From sequence record MT612989.1: a stretch of DNA of 64,000 nucleotides, one strand, 5' to 3'. The notes beneath the pieces were generated by a model, which made no database searches, was not told the origin of the DNA, and saw nothing but the letters and a program-made list of their open reading frames with translations. The translations under genes were made by a program, and so were the position numbers. Positions 51,006 through 61,483 of this stretch are shown here, piece after piece (position 1 is the first letter of the stretch; each line of letters starts with the position of its first letter).

Positions 51006-51589
51006 TACAGTGCTCCCATTACTACTAGTTTCTTCTTGAATACGTCTAGACGTTGCTCAAATGCATTGCCTTCAGCGTCGTTGCTCATGATGTACCAATC
51101 TTTGTACTTGCCACGCTGCTCAAATGTGATGTCAGTCATACCAAGAATCTCTGTTGCTTTCTCAGCTACTAAATCACGTGCTGCTTGACCACGTACGTTA
51201 GTTTTCTTTGGCGCTTCAGTTTTCTCAACTGCCTTCGCTTTCGGCTCAACTGCTTTCTCAACTTTTGGCGCAGTGACTTTCGCAACTAGCTCTTCGTATT
51301 GACCAACGAAGTCATTTTGTGCAATCGCCATTTCAGCAATTTGACCCGCAGTGTGCTGAACATCATTCAACTCAGCTTGCAAGTAAGCTTTCGCTTCTTT
51401 AAGTGTGTCACCGCATACTTCAGTCACTGATACGTGTGCGTCTGAGTTTTCGTCGTAACATACAGCAGCGCGTAGTACAATCTCATCTGCTTCTTCAGTA
51501 GCAAAGATAGTGAAATCTTTGTATAAAATAGTGCTGATACCGAATTCGCGAATGTCTTTGATTTTGATGTTGTTTAGATTGCTTGGCAT
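51005..51589 (-). CDS. Hypothetical early protein
   Basis: Directly behind cassette 51590-51758. Confidence 0.75.
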   Translation of the reverse strand: MPSNLNNIKIKDIREFGISTILYKDFTIFATEEADEIVLRAAVCYDENSDAHVSVTEVCGDTLKEAKAYLQAELNDVQHTAGQIAEMAIAQNDFVGQYEELVAKVTAPKVEKAVEPKAKAVEKTEAPKKTNVRGQAARDLVAEKATEILGMTDITFEQRGKYKDWYIMSNDAEGNAFEQRLDVFKKKLVVMGAL

Positions 51590-51758
51590 AATGTTCTCTC
51601 TTAGTTAAGTCGTTTAAGATTGTGTATCTCGTTTCGATGTAGATATAATACTAAATCACCATTCACCACGCAACCACTTTTTGCAAAAAAACTTAAACTT
51701 TTTTCTTTTATTTTTCTTCAGACCTAAAAAAGCCCCAATTAAGGGGCTTTTATTAACG
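51590..51758 (-). promoter_or_regulatory. Repeated terminator plus early promoter cassette (GTGG-TTGCGT-17-TATTAT-ATCTACATCGAAACGAGATAC)
   Basis: -35 at 51668-51673, -10 at 51645-51650; terminator block duplicated at 30871-30917. Confidence 0.8.
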
Positions 51759-52046
51759 GCTAATTAAATCTTCACCGCTTTTTATCTTTTCAATCTGACC
51801 ACGATCTAATCGAGAACCGCGTTTAGTTACAAGAGAAGTAAACTGCGCTACGCTTGCTGTTTTCACTTCACTTACACTCACACCTGTATACTCAACATAA
51901 TGAACTGTATCACCTGATACATTCCAATTACCAGAATCATCAGTTACATCTAACACAACTAGATCGATGTTTCGATTCGGCGTGTTGTATATGAAATTTT
52001 TCGATACGCGCATGACCGACTCGTTGAATTCTTTAAAGCTTTTCAT
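51753..52046 (-). CDS. Putative internal head protein (IP-like)
   Basis: N-terminus MKSFKEFNE resembles the T4 capsid targeting sequence (MKTYQEFIAE, MKTFKEF). Confidence 0.45.
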   Translation of the reverse strand: MKSFKEFNESVMRVSKNFIYNTPNRNIDLVVLDVTDDSGNWNVSGDTVHYVEYTGVSVSEVKTASVAQFTSLVTKRGSRLDRGQIEKIKSGEDLISR

Positions 52047-52078
52047 TGTTGTTCCTTATTTGATGACTTACGTATTAC

Positions 52079-53030
52079 TTATGATAGATCAATTGTCACT
52101 GGCGGTTCAAGACCTATACTTCTGTAATACGCATGTTTTATCGGACGACTGAATTCACGCTCTGCGTCGATAGTCGTTATATCGTTTTCAATACACACTG
52201 TGATAATGTGCTCTAACCAACCACCAATCTTTAGATCGGGCCAATGTGGATTAGCTAGTAGCACATCAATCATAGATAGACAACGGTCACGCTTCTCAAC
52301 TGGTAAGTGAACAGACAACAAAGCCGCCCGCTCACATAACGCAGTTAATGTACATTTGTCCATTACTTGTAAACAGTCATTGTGACTTGATGCGGGTGTA
52401 CTTCTGTTACATCGTCAAGTGTCGGCATGTCTAAACACATGTCACTTGCACAGTTATCACCAGTAATGTGATAATCAAACGTAGCGAAGTATCGCTCTAC
52501 ACCGTCGATGTCAACTGCATGTACGACAGAACGAACGTCATACCAACGATGCTCAGAATCGGTTTCTTCTTGGACGACTCGCTTGCTCAAACATTCTACA
52601 AATGTTTCATACATCGAATCTGGCTCGTTTGAATAACCATGTTCGTCGTTGTACGCTTTTACTGCGTCATATAGTGCTTGGCTCATTTTGCCCACCCCAT
52701 TTTGTATAGTAGTTCGCAAGTTGCTTCAACGTCATTTTCGACATCGGCAACCCATTCGAATAGCTTTTCGTTAATATTACATACGGCATACACGTCCATG
52801 TAACCGCTCATATACGTACTTTCTTCTTCAAGAACTTTCACGTATGATTCGTCGTATTGAACAACTTTACCGTCGGCATCGACTTCAATCGAATACGATT
52901 CTTCGGGATCATCTTCAACTAGCTTCATGACATCTAGAAACTTGTCTAAACACGGGTCTGTCATCGGTATAAAACGATGCCATGTTTCACCTTCGTGATC
53001 GTTATATTCTGTATAACGTACGTATTTCAT
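52079..53030 (-). other. Hypothetical CDS (52079..52363, 52363..52719, 52683..53030)
   Basis: Tiled ORFs. Confidence 0.65.
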
Positions 53031-53329
53031 CCCAACACCCTTTTCACTTTCAAATATGTTTCGTAATCGGTCTTCTGAATTTGCGCTTCAGAACCGATTA
53101 CACCTTTAAGACGATAATTTATATTGTCATCGTCTGAATCAAAATGCATACGAGTACCACAGTCAATGCATTTCACTTCATTCCAATAACAATCACACGT
53201 CGGGTCGTAATTGCCCGTGTTAGACTTGAGTTCATAAGCCACACGAGTATGCTGGCAACGACTGCGCTCTTGTTCTAACTTATGCTGAAGCTCGGCAATC
53301 TGCGCTTCTAATTCAAATACGCTGTCCAT
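53027..53329 (-). CDS. Zn-finger-like protein, paralog of 53908..54240
   Basis: ELEAQ...E.ER..C.HTRV...V.CIDC...NY....IGS...I....Y..YL.VK. Confidence 0.75.
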   Translation of the reverse strand: MDSVFELEAQIAELQHKLEQERSRCQHTRVAYELKSNTGNYDPTCDCYWNEVKCIDCGTRMHFDSDDDNINYRLKGVIGSEAQIQKTDYETYLKVKRVLG

Positions 53330-53899
53330 CTAAATCCCCTTTAGAAAATGCTTACGACACATACTACGGTAATCAGTATCACCGATATGTGTCTGCTCGC
53401 CTTCTGTTACGCGCTCACCATCGATGTACAAGCCGATATGTGTTGCTTTCTTATGACAACCATCAACTGAACACATTGCTTTGATTTCGCGAATCTCATC
53501 GGCATGACACATCAACGCAGCAGAACCGTCGAATAAATTACCCATGTAATCATTACGTATGCCATAACAAAGCACTGGTATGTTGTACTGATCAACCAGA
53601 GTAGCAAGCTGAAGTACTTGTTTCTCAGTTAGAAACTGACATTCGTCAACGAAAATCGCAGCAGGAACTAGTTCAAATAACGCATAGTCAATGAAGTCGA
53701 AGTCCTCAGAGTACAATACTGCATCATGCTCAAGCCCAATACGACTTGAGATCTTACCAGTTCCACCAAAACGATTGTCTTGGTAGTAGTTAAAATACCA
53801 CACAGTAGAACCAGTCTGTTCATAGTTATGAGCAGCTTGTAACAACTGTGCAGATTTGCCCGCGTTCATAGCGGAATAATTGTAGTAAAGTTTTGCCAT
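53330..53899 (-). CDS. tk: Thymidine kinase
   Basis: YSAMNAGKS, SSRIGL, FVDECQFL, YGIRNDY.G.LF.GS, C..C Zn site, YRSMCRKH. Confidence 0.95.
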   Translation of the reverse strand: MAKLYYNYSAMNAGKSAQLLQAAHNYEQTGSTVWYFNYYQDNRFGGTGKISSRIGLEHDAVLYSEDFDFIDYALFELVPAAIFVDECQFLTEKQVLQLATLVDQYNIPVLCYGIRNDYMGNLFDGSAALMCHADEIREIKAMCSVDGCHKKATHIGLYIDGERVTEGEQTHIGDTDYRSMCRKHFLKGI

Positions 53900-53907
53900 G
53901 TTAGTCC

Positions 53908-54240
53908 TTAATATGGATATGGTGGAACTGGCTCACCGTCAATCGCTGCTTTAACTTGCAAGTAGATTTTGTACTTCTCTTCTTCAATACTCAAATCACT
54001 ACCAATCTCACGTTGCATATGATAGTTTAATATATCAACATGAGAGTAGAAACGATGTACGGTCTTGCAGTCAATACAACGAACATCACGCCAATCACCA
54101 CTGTCATTTGAACCAATAGTATACGTGACTCTTGTATGACGACATTTATCACGCTCTTCGTCAATCTCTTTCTGAAGAGCTTTCATTTGCGCTTCTAATT
54201 CAACTATTCTCATTAGATAATCACCATTGACAACCATCAA
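53908..54240 (-). CDS. Zn-finger-like protein, paralog of 53027..53329
   Basis: Same C.HTRV...CIDC motif. Confidence 0.75.
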   Translation of the reverse strand: MMVVNGDYLMRIVELEAQMKALQKEIDEERDKCRHTRVTYTIGSNDSGDWRDVRCIDCKTVHRFYSHVDILNYHMQREIGSDLSIEEEKYKIYLQVKAAIDGEPVPPYPY

Positions 54241-55151
54241 TTATCTTCATTCTTCTCGTAATCACTTAGGTTATACGGCTTCATATTCGTATAACCAGTA
54301 TCTGATTCTTTGTATTTCGTCTGTGGCTGTGCATTAACAACAAACGAACCGAATTTCTTTGTTTCAAGCCAGTCGATTATCTCATCTAACCACGTCTCAA
54401 TACCGAAGTAATCACTCCATACTTGTAGACGACGAAACTTACGAATCGCATCGGCAACGCTGTCTTCATCTACGTCAGTTAGCTTACACTTAGGGCCAGG
54501 TAAATCAACGTGCTTAACATCGATGAAATCAGGATGTGACAAGCTCTTCATTTCACGCCATTTACCATGTACGTCGCGCATATGACGGTCATTGGCATAC
54601 AGATCAGTTGTAATACGACCAATCGAGTATCTAATACCTTCTTTGAATTGCTTCTCTGTTACATGACCTTGAGCATGACCCGCAGGAGAGATAAAGCGTA
54701 TGATTTCGAAATCACATGAGAACGGTTGACCATAATCACCTTGTAATACGAAATTGTGAATATCACAACGACCTGTCATACTGACATTACGACATGCATT
54801 CGGCTTTAAGGTTCGATTCGTGTAATCTTTTTCTTGAGTATCAGAAAGTAAAACTACGTCTTTTCCGTTGACATTGATTACACGCTTTTCGTATAAATCA
54901 GATTGAGCTTCTAACGGAGCTCGTGTCTCTACACCATGCGTGTCATGTTCATCGAGATAGTCATCTGGTAGATAATCTAAACTCCAACGACCACAACACG
55001 AACCACACGACGCTGGACATAAAAATCCCTTGCGTATGTTCTCTTGAATGCGCATCGTCTTAGGGACGTACAAATTACCCTTGTATCGAAAAGGGGTTTT
55101 ACTCACCATCGACATGTACATGGCAATCTTGTCTACTGAATCAACTTTCAC
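54237..55151 (-). CDS. YkgJ-type CxxCxxCC cysteine-cluster (Fe-S/Zn) protein
   Basis: CPASCGSCC...C.N....GRCDIH...QPFSC. Confidence 0.65.
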   Translation of the reverse strand: MKVDSVDKIAMYMSMVSKTPFRYKGNLYVPKTMRIQENIRKGFLCPASCGSCCGRWSLDYLPDDYLDEHDTHGVETRAPLEAQSDLYEKRVINVNGKDVVLLSDTQEKDYTNRTLKPNACRNVSMTGRCDIHNFVLQGDYGQPFSCDFEIIRFISPAGHAQGHVTEKQFKEGIRYSIGRITTDLYANDRHMRDVHGKWREMKSLSHPDFIDVKHVDLPGPKCKLTDVDEDSVADAIRKFRRLQVWSDYFGIETWLDEIIDWLETKKFGSFVVNAQPQTKYKESDTGYTNMKPYNLSDYEKNEDN

Positions 55152-57713
55152 GCAATGCCCCTTCTACTACTTCAGTCCAATGAGCACCACCGTTATAGTG
55201 ATACGTCTCGAAATGAATATCACCGTTCTCTTGAACGTCAGCATTGGCAATATGACACAGTTCTTCGCGCTCATGCGAGAACGTGACAGTGTAAGGCTTG
55301 TCTAAAATAAACTCCAACCCAAACTCACAAGCGTTATCACGTAGATATTCAACTTTAGAATCGTAGAAACCTGGTAAATATGTCACTAGTTCTTCAGCTA
55401 GTTCTTCAATAGATTTATGAACTGGTGTCAATACCCCTTTATTATATTCCATCTGGCTCATTGTCTTTCCTCGTTTAGCTTACGACATAACTCATAAGCC
55501 CCGTTGTAAGTGAAATGATATGAAACAGTTCTTCGGTCGTAGTTGTCTGAGAATATAACGACTTTCCATAACAACCCGTATAGAGAAGAACGAATGGCAT
55601 ACATCTTGTTCATGATTTAAACCCGTGCTCTAACATTGCCCCATAACCAGTACCGTTCTGACCGCCATGAAAGAACACGTATAACGGCTTGTTATCATGT
55701 TCAGTAATAGCAATTATAGTCACTGGTTGACCGTCGATATTGTGATAACGACTAGCTGGCGCAGCAGAGACTTTAACAACGTCACCTACTTTCATAACTC
55801 AACCCCTTGCATAGATAACCATGTTTCAAGCTCACGTTTAGCAGAGACTAGATTGTTTCTCAGTGCATGAAAATCTTTAGAGTGAACTCGATTGCGCTCG
55901 ACTGTGTGATAATCACTGTAATGGAACATGGCGTAATCAAACCCCTCTTTATCAATACAACGCTGTAAGATAGATTTATCTTGAGCTGATAAAGTAAGAT
56001 CTTGTGTTTCAATAGAACCGAGACAACGTAACTCGCGAATATCGTAAGTACTAAAGTCAATAGTACCCCAAGCGTGAACATGACCGAGCAGAATATAACG
56101 ACCATGTTCTTCTTTGTATAGATCATTCATGTCAGTCATATACGCTCGTTTGCCTTCGTTGGCATGGTCGTCTGTCATTTCAATAAGACAGATATCATTT
56201 GATGTTTGCCAGAAACGGTAAATCATGTTAATAACCTCGCTTTGCTCGTTTCGCTTTAATGGCGCGCTTTACACGACGGGAATATTCAGAGTTGTCATTA
56301 CTCTTCAGTAGGAAATCCTCGTACGATTCTGAACGCTTGTCTAAGTCTATTCCCGCGGGAGTGTTCATATTACCATTATACATTTGCTTCTCACTTTATT
56401 ACTTTAAATCGACTAGACGTTTTGTTAATGGTCATGTTTGCACGATAACCATTAACGATTTTCTTACCAGCTACACTTATAACTTGCATTACAAATGAAT
56501 ACTTGTCTTTCCGAACCGTTACTGGCGAGACAATTTCATAGTTGAACGCATCGCCGAGCAAAGTCTCTTCTAAAACACTACCCTTTTTGAGTTTCATTAT
56601 CAACCCCATACACGTCTGGGAAGTACGTCTTGTATTCTTCAAATTGACATGGTTTATGTTCGCGTAGATATTCACCATGTTCAATAATTGCTTTTTCACT
56701 CGACCAGAAATCTTCAATACAACCACCACATTCACACTCAGGGCATTGAATTTCAGTATAAGGTGGCATTTCCCAACCGTCGTGATGCCCGTAATCATGA
56801 ATACAATCTGCAACTGCAAAGTCTTTATGACATACAGTACATCGACATTCATCGAATACAGGACCATCACGCTCTTGTTTGACTCTGGCGAGCAATGATC
56901 TTAGATTAATCATTTTTCTTACGTTTGTAAGCTTTATGAGCTTCTACAAATGGCCATGTAATTGCTGCTAGAAACGCCCCGAGTACAGTCGCAACAATAC
57001 CGATGATGACAGCACCTAATAGTACCACCAGCCCGACGAGGAATTCAATTATCGACCAGATAACCCCAACAATCGCCATAAACGCGACTACGAAAACAGT
57101 CGCAATACCTACAATTAAATCTTTCATTTTTTATTTCCCGTGAAATAGTTGACCATATCAAGCATACGGTCTCTGATAAAGAATAGCACAAGTGCGAACC
57201 AGATTAAACTAAAGAAAGCAATGCACTTATGCGTTTCGATTGATGTAATCGGGAACTTGTTGTCTAACTTGCCTTTGAGCTTGTACATGGCATAATCACC
57301 ACCAGCAATATACAGATAAGCACCAAGTGCGACAAGTAGATAAAACGCTAGAATATTAATGATCATAGTGGCTTCCATAGTTGTTGCATTGTTTGATGAT
57401 GTACTTTCAAGTACTCGATAAAACGCGGTACTTCGTCTTCAGTAATAGAACGAATGAAGAACGGCGCGAAAATACCTTTACGTTGATGCATCATAAAGAT
57501 CTCAGCGTAGTACGTATCAAGCGGCGTTTCGCAGTCTTCAGACAAGTTCGGTTTGACATCCCAACGGAATACTAGATTATAATCAACGTCAGCGTCTTCG
57601 AACTCGTCTAAAAACTCTGTCATTGTCTCAAATACACCACCAGACTCATTACTATGGTAATTACTATCAGCACAGTAATACGGATGTTCTACTGCTAGTT
57701 CAGCTAAAGTCAT
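55141..57713 (-). other. Hypothetical CDS run (55141..55461, 55610..55795, 55792..56226, 56391..56594, 56578..56913 Zn ribbon, 56906..57127 TM, 57124..57378 TM, 57363..57713)
   Basis: Tiled ORFs. Confidence 0.6.
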
Positions 57714-57715
57714 GA

Positions 57716-58957
57716 TTATACCTTTCTTTGATTTTCATGTTCACTCGGCTGAGTCAAGATAAACTCTAGCCATTGGCGACGATATTCAGTAAATAGCTCT
57801 AAATCTACTTTGCCATTGTCTTGAATAGCAATATCATGAATAAACGTACCGCGGTAATAATCGACGTTTAGACAGGCTTTAAGCTTAGACATTGCGAATT
57901 CAGACAAGTTGATTTTGCCTTGTACTGCGTTGTCATAAACTCGCTTAACAAATGGAGCTGCAATCTTAGATAACGTGTTTTTCACTGCGGAGTAAATCGT
58001 AAAACTAACAAGTGGCTCTGTGTTGAATTTACTACGTACAATAAACGCAATTTCATTACACGTATAGCCGTACATGTCAGTTAAAATATCACCATCTTTT
58101 AGTAGTTCAGCAGCAGCTACTTTGATTTCACCTAGATGTTTCATTACGCATTCTCCACGATATGTTTCAGCCATGCTTTACGAGTTGTTGCAAAACACTC
58201 TGAGTCAACGTCTTTACCGCGCATAGCAATCACGTGAATGAAAGCAGACGAATAGAATTTATCAGCTACGATAGACTTTAGTTCAGAACGCGCTGCCTCT
58301 TCTGGTTCAAAACCAAGTGTTTCGACTGGCTTACGCAATACCGTATATAAGAACGACTCAGCGAGTTCACGAATAACTGCTTTAACCTCGTTATGCGTGT
58401 AAATGCTACTAGATGAAATATCATCGGCAATGCGATTGCACGTATAGCTATTGATGTTTGAAGTGATGTCATCTTCAAGTAATTCAGTCGCGGCTTGGCG
58501 AATGCGTTCATGTAGATTCATTTTATTTTCCCTCGTACTGTGACAAGAATTTCAACCATGCTTTACGTGCTGCTACGAAATGTTCTTTATTCAACGGCCC
58601 GTATGCACGAGCAATCGCGTGTACAAATGCACCTGCTAGACCCCAATCAAAATCGTCTTGTAGTTCATCGATTGTATCTTCTGGTAGAATAAAACCAAGT
58701 ACACCGTAAGAGTCTGCAATGACAGTTTTAACAAACTCAAGACCTGCTTCTTCTACATGTTCATTACATGGTGCATAAAGTCTTGCTTTTTCTCTTTTCG
58801 ACAAGTCATATCGAGCTTCAAACAAATCTGAAACACGATTAATGACAATACAACAGCTATACTCGTAAGAGTCTGCAAGTAAGGCATTGTCATTAGACAT
58901 TTCAGTAGCCATTGCGCGAATTTCTTTGATGATTTCTGATTTCTCAATTGCTCTCAT
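57716..58957 (-). CDS. Three tandem members of a five-copy paralog family (57716..58144, 58144..58521, 58523..58957)
   Basis: Shared A.E(L/M)....Y(T/S)C ... (A/T)F(I/V)H ... R(K/R)(A/Q)WL(K/E)(F/H) motifs. Confidence 0.8.
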
Positions 58958-58960
58958 ATC

Positions 58961-59447
58961 TTATCCCTTGTAAGCTGCTTCGATTTTCTCAATGATTTGA
59001 CCGTAAGGCAAACCACTCTTGTATAGCTCATTGAACATTTTGTTTACGTTGTTCGCGACTTCACGCATAACATTAGCTGAAGCAGCAGTCGTTTTGTGAC
59101 TGATTTTAACACCAGTACGACCGATGAATAGCTTTACTTCGCTCTTATCAGCAGTCAAGATTTTAAGCCAAAGTGAATCGTGATTGATTTTGCTGCGTGT
59201 GATTAAGTTCATAATGTTCTCTCTCGTTTCAATAAAGCTATTATCGGCTATTGCTGGTGGAAGTGTCAAGCACTTAGTAGTTAATTTTACCAGCGCGACG
59301 TAAGTCAGATTGAGCTTTCATGACTTTTGCAGAAAACGCGTAATCATCATTTGCATTTGATTCAGCAATAAGGTCGTAGAACTGGTCTTCTGTCATTGAC
59401 ATAACAAGTTCAATTGCGTCGATTTTAGTAGCGTTTGCGTAAGTCAT
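58961..59447 (-). other. Two small early CDS (58961..59212; 59274..59447, 57 aa, missed by the track)
   Basis: Each has a GAGAGAACATT-ATG leader; second translated by hand (MTYANATKIDAIEL...). Confidence 0.65.
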
Positions 59448-59520
59448 AATGTTCTCTCTGTATCTCGTTTCGATAAGAGAATAATACAGTAAGTGGCTAC
59501 ATCACGCAACCACTTTTTGT
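59448..59520 (-). promoter_or_regulatory. Hairpin-promoter fusion cassette (AAGTGG-TTGCGT-GATGTAGCCACTT-ACTG-TATTAT-...ATCGAAACGAGATAC)
   Basis: Hairpin 59491-59515 with two G-U pairs, -35 at 59504-59509, -10 at 59481-59486. Confidence 0.8.
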
Positions 59521-59532
59521 ACTTTTTTGCTT

Positions 59533-59940
59533 TTATAGTGAATTAATCAAGAATTTTAACCATGCTTTACGCACAAATACAAAATCAATATCATCGGCAT
59601 CTTCAAATACACGCGATACGCTATGTACAAATGCACTAAGCTTGTTTTGAAAAATCTCGTTGAGATATTCAGCTTCAGTTGAAGTCAATTCACGACCAAA
59701 TACAGCTACAGGATTAGCTTGTAGATGGTCACAGAAAGCTTCGCCTTTATCTTTAATGATACGCATAGCCTTTTGTTGAGCAAGAACGCCAAGCTTGATT
59801 TCGACGTGTTCATCTAAAATATGACACGTGTAAGCGTCTTCATCGCTTAAAATCGCGGTATTTTGACGTAATTCCAGTGCTTTTTCGCTAATTACACGGC
59901 GAATTTCAGTGTTATCAAGGAAATCTGGTAGAATTTTCAT
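59533..59940 (-). CDS. Fourth member of the YTC/AFVH/RKAWLK family
   Basis: ALEL...AYTC...AFVH...RKAWLKF. Confidence 0.8.
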   Translation of the reverse strand: MKILPDFLDNTEIRRVISEKALELRQNTAILSDEDAYTCHILDEHVEIKLGVLAQQKAMRIIKDKGEAFCDHLQANPVAVFGRELTSTEAEYLNEIFQNKLSAFVHSVSRVFEDADDIDFVFVRKAWLKFLINSL

Positions 59941-59944
59941 AGTT

Positions 59945-60262
59945 TTATCCCTTATCTTGGTACATACGTACAGTGTTAGAAGCAAAATCGATGTCTAAAT
60001 CGTAGTATTCGCCGACTTGAAAGAAATTATTCTTGGCATTAATCTCGTTAATGCGCTCAATACGTAGCAGTGTATAAGTCATACCACTGTCAATTGTGTA
60101 GTCTTGACCTTCAATCATACCGTATTCAGCAGCTAGATAAATGCGAACTGAAGACAAAGCATTACCGTTCTTCGCGTACATGCTTTTATCAAGCTCATGG
60201 CGCATACCACCACGCGGGTGACAAGAAACAGTAAATGACTTAGTTTCGTTGATGATTTGCAT
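59945..60262 (-). CDS. Hypothetical early protein (start MQIIN)
   Basis: Directly behind cassette 60263-60340. Confidence 0.7.
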   Translation of the reverse strand: MQIINETKSFTVSCHPRGGMRHELDKSMYAKNGNALSSVRIYLAAEYGMIEGQDYTIDSGMTYTLLRIERINEINAKNNFFQVGEYYDLDIDFASNTVRMYQDKG

Positions 60263-60340
60263 AATATTCTCTCTAGTCGTTGTCGTTTCGATAAAGCTAT
60301 AATACAAAAAAGGGCTGCATAGTGCAACCCTTTTCTTCAA
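60263..60340 (-). promoter_or_regulatory. Terminator-promoter fusion cassette R (GGG-TTGCAC-TATGCAGCCC-TTTTTT-G-TATTAT)
   Basis: Hairpin 60312-60330, -35 at 60322-60327, -10 at 60299-60304. Confidence 0.85.
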
Positions 60341-61416
60341 TTATTTTTCTTGCGGGCGTTCTTTGGCATATGAGCACAGCACTCATCAAGAAAACCCTTT
60401 CTCTTAGCAGAAGAATAAGCCGCACTAGAGTTTTTCTGCCAATCACTTCTAGTCTTATATTTCAATGCATCTTCTTTAAGACGTTCAAGTGTCCAGTATC
60501 CATTAGGTTTTCTTTGTAATTCCATATGAGCACAGCACTCATCAATTATACCCTGATTATAAGCATTACTACAACCGCTAGAGTTTTCCCTCCATTCTCG
60601 GCGAGTCTTATATTTCAATGCATCTTCTTTAAGACGTTCAAGTGTCCAATATCCATTAGGTTTTTGATGCATTGTCATATGAGCATAACACTCGTCAAGT
60701 AATCCTTTCTTATGAGCAGCAGCGTAAGCACTGGGTGACATTTTCCGCCACTCAGAACTTGTCTTGTATTTCAACGCATCTTCTTTAAGACGTTCAGGTG
60801 TCCATTTTAATGTTGAACTCCCCAATGCACCAGCTTTAGAACGATTTAAAATAATCCATCCATTGTTTCTGTAGTACTCAATGTGTTCTTTCTCTGCAAT
60901 TTGCGCCAGTTCTTGATTCATATACTCAGTCAATTGCTCGAACTTGACGTTTTCAATGCCATGACGTTCGATTAGGTCTATGACCTGAGTTGTTTTCTTT
61001 CGATGAGAACTAAAGCGTTGCTTAGTATCGTAAGTCAACCCAATGTAAATCTCATTACCTGCATAGATTCGATATATACAGCGAGAAAATGAGTTTTTAG
61101 TTGATGGCTTCATATGAGCACAACACTCGTCAAGTAATCCTTTCTTATGAGCAGCATCATAAGCACTGCATGACATTTTCTGCCAATCACTTCTAGCCTT
61201 GTACTTCAATGCATCTTCTTTAAGACGCTCTAACGTCCAATATCCATTAGGTTTTTGAAGCATTGTCATATGAGCACAACACTCGTCAAGTAATCCTTTC
61301 TTATGAGCAGCAGTATAAGCACTGCATGACATTTTATTCCATTCATTTCGAGTCTTGTACTTCAATGCATCTTCTTTAAGACGCTCTAATGTCCAATATC
61401 CGCGTGGTTTTCTCAT
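60337..61416 (-). CDS. GIY-YIG endonuclease flanked by 52-aa repeats (2 N-terminal + 3 C-terminal)
   Basis: CIY-RIYAGNE-IYIG, R...H, E and N catalytic positions present; WT.ERLKEDALKYK...DEC.AHM x5; start MRKPRG with GGAGG SD. Confidence 0.85.
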   Translation of the reverse strand: MRKPRGYWTLERLKEDALKYKTRNEWNKMSCSAYTAAHKKGLLDECCAHMTMLQKPNGYWTLERLKEDALKYKARSDWQKMSCSAYDAAHKKGLLDECCAHMKPSTKNSFSRCIYRIYAGNEIYIGLTYDTKQRFSSHRKKTTQVIDLIERHGIENVKFEQLTEYMNQELAQIAEKEHIEYYRNNGWIILNRSKAGALGSSTLKWTPERLKEDALKYKTSSEWRKMSPSAYAAAHKKGLLDECYAHMTMHQKPNGYWTLERLKEDALKYKTRREWRENSSGCSNAYNQGIIDECCAHMELQRKPNGYWTLERLKEDALKYKTRSDWQKNSSAAYSSAKRKGFLDECCAHMPKNARKKNN

Positions 61417-61440
61417 AATGGCCTCCAAATCAAAGTCAAT

Positions 61441-61482
61441 AGAATACAAAAAAAGGGCTGCATAGCGCAACCCTTTTCTTCA
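61441..61482 (-). promoter_or_regulatory. Terminator-promoter fusion cassette S (TTGCGC-18-TATTCT)
   Basis: Hairpin 61455-61473, near-identical to R and T. Confidence 0.8.
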
Positions 61483-61483
61483 T

